Shown piece by piece: positions 58,991 through 64,000 of a stretch of DNA of 64,000 nt. A program made the position numbers and the translations under genes. The DNA lies in assembly GCA_000092065.1 (NCBI GenBank), contig CP000590.1; one strand, 5' to 3'. The notes below the pieces were generated by a model. It did not search any database, was not told where the DNA came from, and saw only the letters and a list, made by a program, of their open reading frames with translations. Numbering within the stretch: position 1 is the first letter of the stretch; every line of letters begins with the position of its first letter. Source of the stretch: Ostreococcus lucimarinus. Lineage: Eukaryota.

Positions 58991-59406
58991 CGCGAGCGCC
59001 CTCGAGTCCTCCCCGTCCTCGCTCGATTTCCCGCTCGTCGACGTCGGTTCGCTCGATCGCTCGAACGCCTCTCGCGCTCGCGCGTGTCTCAGCGCATCAA
59101 GCGTACACTACGATAAAATCGCGCGTCACGCGCGCGCGCGTCGTCAGTCACGTCGTCCCGATCGTTTCCTTCCCTCTTCCTCCGCTCGGCGTCGAGATAT
59201 TTCCTTCTATCCACAACCGCCTCGGCGTTTGAACCATCGTCCCGTCCTTCGCCGTCGTCCGCGCGTCCTCGCCGACCCTCTCTCTCGCTCGCGCGCGTCG
59301 CGCAACCTCCCCGCGCGTCGTTCATCGCGCGCCGTTCGCCCGCCTTCGCCTCGCGCGCGCGCCTCGGCTCGATAATCCATCGCCCCGCGTTCGATCGATC
59401 GTCCCT

Positions 59407-59447
<41 letters not shown>

Positions 59448-59703
59448 TCGCGCGCGTCGCGGCGCCTCGCGCGCGCGCCGCGACGCGCCGCGCGATCGTC
59501 GCGCCGAAGTCGCACCTCTATCGCCAGGCGTATCGCGCCCCCGCGCGCGAGCGCGTCGCCGTCCGCGCGCATCGCTGTGCGGTGCCGCGCGACGCGGCCG
59601 ACGCCCTCGCGGGTTCCGCGCGAACAACGGGCGCGAGACGGCGCAGAGTACGCGTCGTCGATCGGGTCGAGTGTTTATGCACACGGGGATTCGTTCGTAT
59701 TGT

Positions 59704-59724
59704 AGTTAGGGTCGTTAGGGTTTA
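59704..59724. promoter_or_regulatory. Tandem telo-box motifs (TTAGGGT-cg-TTAGGGTTT) in the divergent promoter between the bromodomain gene and the SEC-C protein gene
   Basis: Direct reading: gtagttagggtcgttagggtttatg. TTAGGGTTT is the exact reverse complement of the plant telo box AAACCCTAA. It lies about 100 bp upstream of the 59830 ATG and more than 700 bp from the bromodomain ORF. Confidence 0.5.
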
Positions 59725-59829
59725 TGAAAAGGCCGCGACGCGCCGGCGACCGCGCCGGGACGCGCGCGCGCGGCGTCGCACGCCGACGCGCGCGGCGCTC
59801 GAGCGCCGTCTTCGCGTCCGTCTCGCGCG

Positions 59830-60498
59830 ATGCGCGTCGCGTCGACGCGCGCGCGCGCGGGCGTCGCGGCGCCGCGAACGCGCGACGCGCGAGACCGCGG
59901 ACGCCGCCGGGACGCGACCGCGCGCGCGCGACGCGGGATGCTGGGCGACGCGATGCGCGAGCGCGACGACGCGAGCGAGGAGAGAACGGGGAAACAACGC
60001 GGCGCGTCGGGGTGCGCGTGCGGGAAAGACGCGAGCGTGGCGTACGAGGCGTGCTGCGGGCGGGCGCACGGGGACGCGAACGCGGCGGCGGCGCTCGCCG
60101 CCGAGGACGTGATGCGCGCGAGATTCACGGCGTACGTCGTCGGCGACGCGCAATATATCGTGAGCTCGACGCACGAAGAGTCCAAAGATCGCGCGCGGGA
60201 GTCCCTGCTGAGGGACGCGGAGAACACGATCAAGCGAATACGATTCCACTCGTTTCGAGCGAAGCGGTCGAGCGAGAAAGACGGCGAGGCGTACGTGACG
60301 TACGAGGCGGATTACACCCAAGGAAAGGGAAGGGGAAAGATGAAAACGTTAGCCGAACGCGCGCGCTTGCGAAGAGACGCGGAGACCGGAGGGTGGAAAT
60401 TTGTGGACGCCGTGGCGTTGGGCGCGAACGCGTCGCTCGACGACGCGGGCGACGCCGCCGCGCCGGGCGCGCCCGATCCCAGCCGCCGACCGATGTGA
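59830..60498 (+). CDS. SEC-C-motif protein of the YchJ/UPF0225 family (NTF2-like fold flanked by Cys-rich SEC-C motifs), 222 aa
   Basis: ATG at 59830; an internal ATG at about 59938 (MLGDAMRER) is also possible. ..GCACGKDASVAYEACCGRAH..RARFTAYVVGDAQYIVSSTH..IKRIRFHSF..EAYVTYEADYTQ..GGWKFVD fits the YchJ pattern. Confidence 0.55.
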   Translation: MRVASTRARAGVAAPRTRDARDRGRRRDATARARRGMLGDAMRERDDASEERTGKQRGASGCACGKDASVAYEACCGRAHGDANAAAALAAEDVMRARFTAYVVGDAQYIVSSTHEESKDRARESLLRDAENTIKRIRFHSFRAKRSSEKDGEAYVTYEADYTQGKGRGKMKTLAERARLRRDAETGGWKFVDAVALGANASLDDAGDAAAPGAPDPSRRPM

Positions 60499-60644
60499 CG
60501 ACGCGACGACGGACGCGTCTTCCGCTTGTGATGTAATGCACTCGATATTTGGTGCGCCCGCGCGATCCGCGACGCACCTCGAAACGTCTCCGCAGACGCC
60601 CGCGGCGCCGCACTTTGCGACGCGCTCGCGTCGATCGGTCCATC

Positions 60645-61331
60645 ATGTCCACGCCATCGCTCCGTCGCGCCTCCGCCGCGGTCGCGCGCGCGGCGTCGTC
60701 GGCGCTCGCGACGACGCGCGTGTCGTCGTCGCCCGCGATCTCGATCGCGCGCCGGGCGTTCGTCACCGCGCCGCGTCGCGACGATTTCTTTGACGCCGCC
60801 GTGAAATCGTCGTCGACGACGACGTCGTTCGCGGCGTCTCTCTCGCTCTCGCGCGCGTACGCGAGCAAGGGAAAGAAAGCGTCCAAGTCCAAGTCGTCGC
60901 AGGGCAAACGGACGAAAGGCAAGGGCATGGGCGCGCTCCCGATCAGCGCCAAGGCTGAGCACACGACCAAGGGCAATAAAAACACGTACCTCGAGGCGCT
61001 GACGAAGCTGGACGCGACGGAAATCGAGGAAAACCTGACGCCCGAGGAGCTCGCGGAGTACGAAGCGCGAGCGAAGGCGTACTCTCGAGAGAAGATGCGG
61101 GCAGAGCGCGCGTTTGCCGCAGATATTAACGAAAAGATTAGGATTAAAAAGGCGGCGATTGCGGCGTTGCCCGCGGGGGCGACGCGAGACGCGGCGATGG
61201 TGGAGGATGAAGATTTGTTTCCGTTGAAGCGTAAACTGCCCATGTACACGCCCGCGATTCCTGGGTTCTACGAGGATAAACAGAGGTTAGCCGAAGAGGC
61301 GGTGAGCGGTGGGGCGGCTTTGAAAAAGTAG
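60645..61331 (+). CDS. Hypothetical K/A-rich protein with a mitochondrial-presequence-like N-terminus (possibly a mitoribosomal protein), about 228 aa
   Basis: The start is set at the ATG at 60645 (MSTPSLRRASAAVARAASSALATTR..). The 5' part of track ORF 60549.. is R-rich. The C-terminal part is a basic, coiled-coil-like segment. No confident family assignment is possible. Confidence 0.4.
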   Translation: MSTPSLRRASAAVARAASSALATTRVSSSPAISIARRAFVTAPRRDDFFDAAVKSSSTTTSFAASLSLSRAYASKGKKASKSKSSQGKRTKGKGMGALPISAKAEHTTKGNKNTYLEALTKLDATEIEENLTPEELAEYEARAKAYSREKMRAERAFAADINEKIRIKKAAIAALPAGATRDAAMVEDEDLFPLKRKLPMYTPAIPGFYEDKQRLAEEAVSGGAALKK

Positions 61332-61495
61332 AAGCGAAAACGCGAGAACGTTGCGATGAAGAATATTACTCATAGATTAGATTTCAACTTGCAGATCGGC
61401 GACAATACTAACGAGCACCAGCTTCCATCGCCGTAGTCTCCTATTCTCGTTTTCGTGTTTGTGCTATAATTGAATTCAGACGTTCTCGCGAACAT

Positions 61496-62836
61496 CTAAA
61501 TGTTCTCGCGAAGGACCTTGACGACGGACTTGAACGCGAACCACTCTGGAATGTCCTCGCCGCCTCTCAACATTTGGCGGAACTTGGTGCCGCTGAGCTT
61601 CTTGATGTTGAGACCCTTCTCCTTGGCGACATCGGCGGTGACGTAGCCTTCTTCTTCGGTGTACACGACGTTCAAGCTCGGGACGGTTTTCATGCCGAGC
61701 TCAGCCGCGTTCGCCTTGGCCAAGTCTTGGGCGTCGTACGCGCCGTAAAAGTCTTCTCCGTCGAGGGAAGACTTGGAACCAGCCATATCGCGACCGATGA
61801 TGAAGTGCGTGCAGCCGTAGTTCTTACGAATGATCATGTGCTGAATAGCTTCGCGCGGACCCGCCATGTGCATGGAGTACGGGAGGTAGGCCCAGCGAAT
61901 TTGCGGGTTCTTCACCTCTTCCGCGAGGACGACGTACGTCTTGTATCGCACCAAGCCCGAGATGTCGTCGTCTTGGGTCGGACCCATGGTCGGGTGAACG
62001 AGGCACACGGCGTCCTTACCGACGTTTTCCGCGTGCAAAGCGCGAGTGAAGAGCTCGTAGTGCGCGCGGTGCACCGGGTTGCGGCACTGGAACGCCACGA
62101 CATCCTTACCCGCGGGCAACCCCGCGCGCACCTCGGCGGGCGTCGGGCACGGAAACGGTCGCTGCGGAATGTTCAAACCCTCAATCTTACCACCGATGTA
62201 ATACTTGCGACGCTCCATGGAGATCATCGCCACGCCGGGATGCTCGATGGAGCTCGTCCCGTAGCACATCTTCGCCTCTTTCGGCTTATTCGGCTTCCAC
62301 TTCGACTCCACCGTCAGCACGCCGACGTCCTTGCCCTGATACTTGAGCAACACTCTGTCGCCCGCCTTGGTGTCCTCGCAATTCGTGTCCAACACGATCG
62401 GCAGCCCGAACAACAGCTCGCTCCCCTTCAACCGCATCGTCTCCACGCAGTGTTCGTACTCGTCCTCGTTCATGAACCCTCGCAGCGGCGAGAACCCCCC
62501 CGCGCTCAGCAGCTCGACGTCGCACGCGTTTCGATCCGACAGCTCGAGCGCCCGCGTGCACGACGCGATCGCCCTCGCCTTCGCCCCGTCGTCCTCGAGC
62601 ATCAGATTCACCAGCGCGCCGCCGTGCGGCGCGATCAACCCTTCGCTCTGCGACGCGAACGTCCGCTCGCGCGCCGTCATCGCGCGTCGCGCCGTCGCCG
62701 TCGCCGTCGCCGTCGAACCCTGAGGCGTCGTCGCCGCCGTCGCGAGCGCGTCGCGCGGCGCCCCCGGCGCGGGCCGCGTCACCGCGCATCGCGCGCGACG
62801 CAGCGCATCGCGCGCGAGTCTCGCGCGCATCGCCAT
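61496..62836 (-). CDS. ATPS: ATP sulfurylase (sulfate adenylyltransferase), plastid-targeted, 446 aa
   Basis: ATG verified (cat at 62834-62836). QCRNPVHRAHYELFTRA (the PP-motif region), ..VCLVHPTMGPTQDDDISGLVRYKTYVVL.., ..GCTHFIIGRDMAG.. An S/T/A-rich transit peptide precedes the catalytic core. Confidence 0.88.
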   Translation of the reverse strand: MAMRARLARDALRRARCAVTRPAPGAPRDALATAATTPQGSTATATATARRAMTARERTFASQSEGLIAPHGGALVNLMLEDDGAKARAIASCTRALELSDRNACDVELLSAGGFSPLRGFMNEDEYEHCVETMRLKGSELLFGLPIVLDTNCEDTKAGDRVLLKYQGKDVGVLTVESKWKPNKPKEAKMCYGTSSIEHPGVAMISMERRKYYIGGKIEGLNIPQRPFPCPTPAEVRAGLPAGKDVVAFQCRNPVHRAHYELFTRALHAENVGKDAVCLVHPTMGPTQDDDISGLVRYKTYVVLAEEVKNPQIRWAYLPYSMHMAGPREAIQHMIIRKNYGCTHFIIGRDMAGSKSSLDGEDFYGAYDAQDLAKANAAELGMKTVPSLNVVYTEEEGYVTADVAKEKGLNIKKLSGTKFRQMLRGGEDIPEWFAFKSVVKVLRENI

Positions 62837-62977
62837 CGTCCGTCGTCGCGCCGTCGTCGTGTGTCGCGCCGCGCGCGCGGCGGCGATCGATCGCGGCCCG
62901 CGCCGCGTCGCCGTTCGAGCGTTTCTATTTAGACATCCACCTACCCGGAATACGCGCCGAATGGAGATATCAGAGCG

Positions 62978-63012
62978 ATCCTAAACCCTAAACCGATCCT
63001 CAACCCTAAACA
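62978..63012. promoter_or_regulatory. Interstitial telomere-like / telo-box cluster (cCTAAACCCTAAACC ... AACCCTAAAC) in the ATP-sulfurylase / HSP60 divergent promoter
   Basis: Direct reading: gatcctaaaccctaaaccgatcctcaaccctaaacaccc. It is in the C-strand orientation and contains exact AAACCCTAA. It lies about 140 bp from the ATPS ATG and about 320 bp from the HSP60 ATG. Confidence 0.5.
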
Positions 63013-63169
63013 CCCGGGCGTGGAAAAAGGCCCCCGACGCGACGCGTCCCACATCGCCACGCGACGACGCGACGAACGGCGCGATGCGACGACACGCGAC
63101 GCGCGCGATGCGAGCGCTCACGCGGTACGACGACGACGACGACGACGAACGCGTGCGATGCGCGCGAGC

Positions 63170-64000
<831 letters not shown>

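Noticed and set aside
59724-61249. 270-aa plus-strand ORF 59724..60536 and 339-aa minus-strand ORF 60230..61249, which overlap the SEC-C and K-rich genes
   Set aside because: R-rich low-complexity shadows in alternative frames of better-supported CDSs.
61574-62932. 452-aa plus-strand ORF antisense to ATP sulfurylase
   Set aside because: R-rich composition. The opposite strand carries the diagnostic ATP-sulfurylase motifs.

Overview
This window is the left end of a GC-rich (about 65-70%), gene-dense eukaryotic nuclear chromosome. About 21 copies of CCCTAAA (the C-strand of the plant/green-algal telomere TTTAGGG) run from base 1 to about 150. The first gene ends only about 780 bp from the telomere. 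From there the window holds roughly 31 protein-coding genes, about one per 2 kb, mostly intron-free and on both strands. Divergent promoters are 150-650 bp long. Convergent gene pairs are separated by only 18-75 bp, so their 3'UTRs must overlap. No rRNA, tRNA, CRISPR array or prokaryotic operon structure is visible.

The proteins recognised are RRP5, CWF19L2, phytoene synthase, ICME-like esterase, a SelS selenoprotein, a Ski2/ISE2-like helicase, NOP14, CysRS, plastid NFU, ERGIC, a multi-FAS1 protein, a DEAD-box helicase, an M3 peptidase, two JmjC proteins, a VKOR-thioredoxin fusion (LTO1-like), WDR61/SKI8, DnaJ, organellar IF3, AMY3-type alpha-amylase with two CBM45 domains, a bromodomain protein, ATP sulfurylase and HSP60. 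Many carry simple N-terminal plastid-type transit peptides. Together with the TTTAGGG telomere and TGTAA motifs 20-40 nt downstream of stop codons, this points to a green-lineage picoalga, probably Mamiellophyceae and Micromonas-like. That placement is inference only.

The most interesting observations are:
- A SelS/SELENOS homologue ends GGGG-UGA-GR-stop, so the UGA is almost certainly a selenocysteine codon.
- A lower-GC island of about 7.5 kb (about 45-53% GC, 28.1-35.7 kb) contains the only short AT-rich GT..AG introns in the window. Its edge falls inside a single gene.
- Homology argues that two ORF-track ORFs in that island are one multi-exon FAS1 gene.
- Telo-box motifs (AAACCCTAA / TTAGGGTTT) sit in several bidirectional promoters.
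- Two divergent genes (CWF19L2 and phytoene synthase) have start codons that share a CATG tetranucleotide.
- The IF3 gene and a RING/PB1 gene each have a GC-rich intron that the ORF track breaks.

The ORF track also uses GTG/TTG starts, so start codons were re-derived by hand. Many long R-rich ORFs antisense to real genes are GC-composition artefacts.
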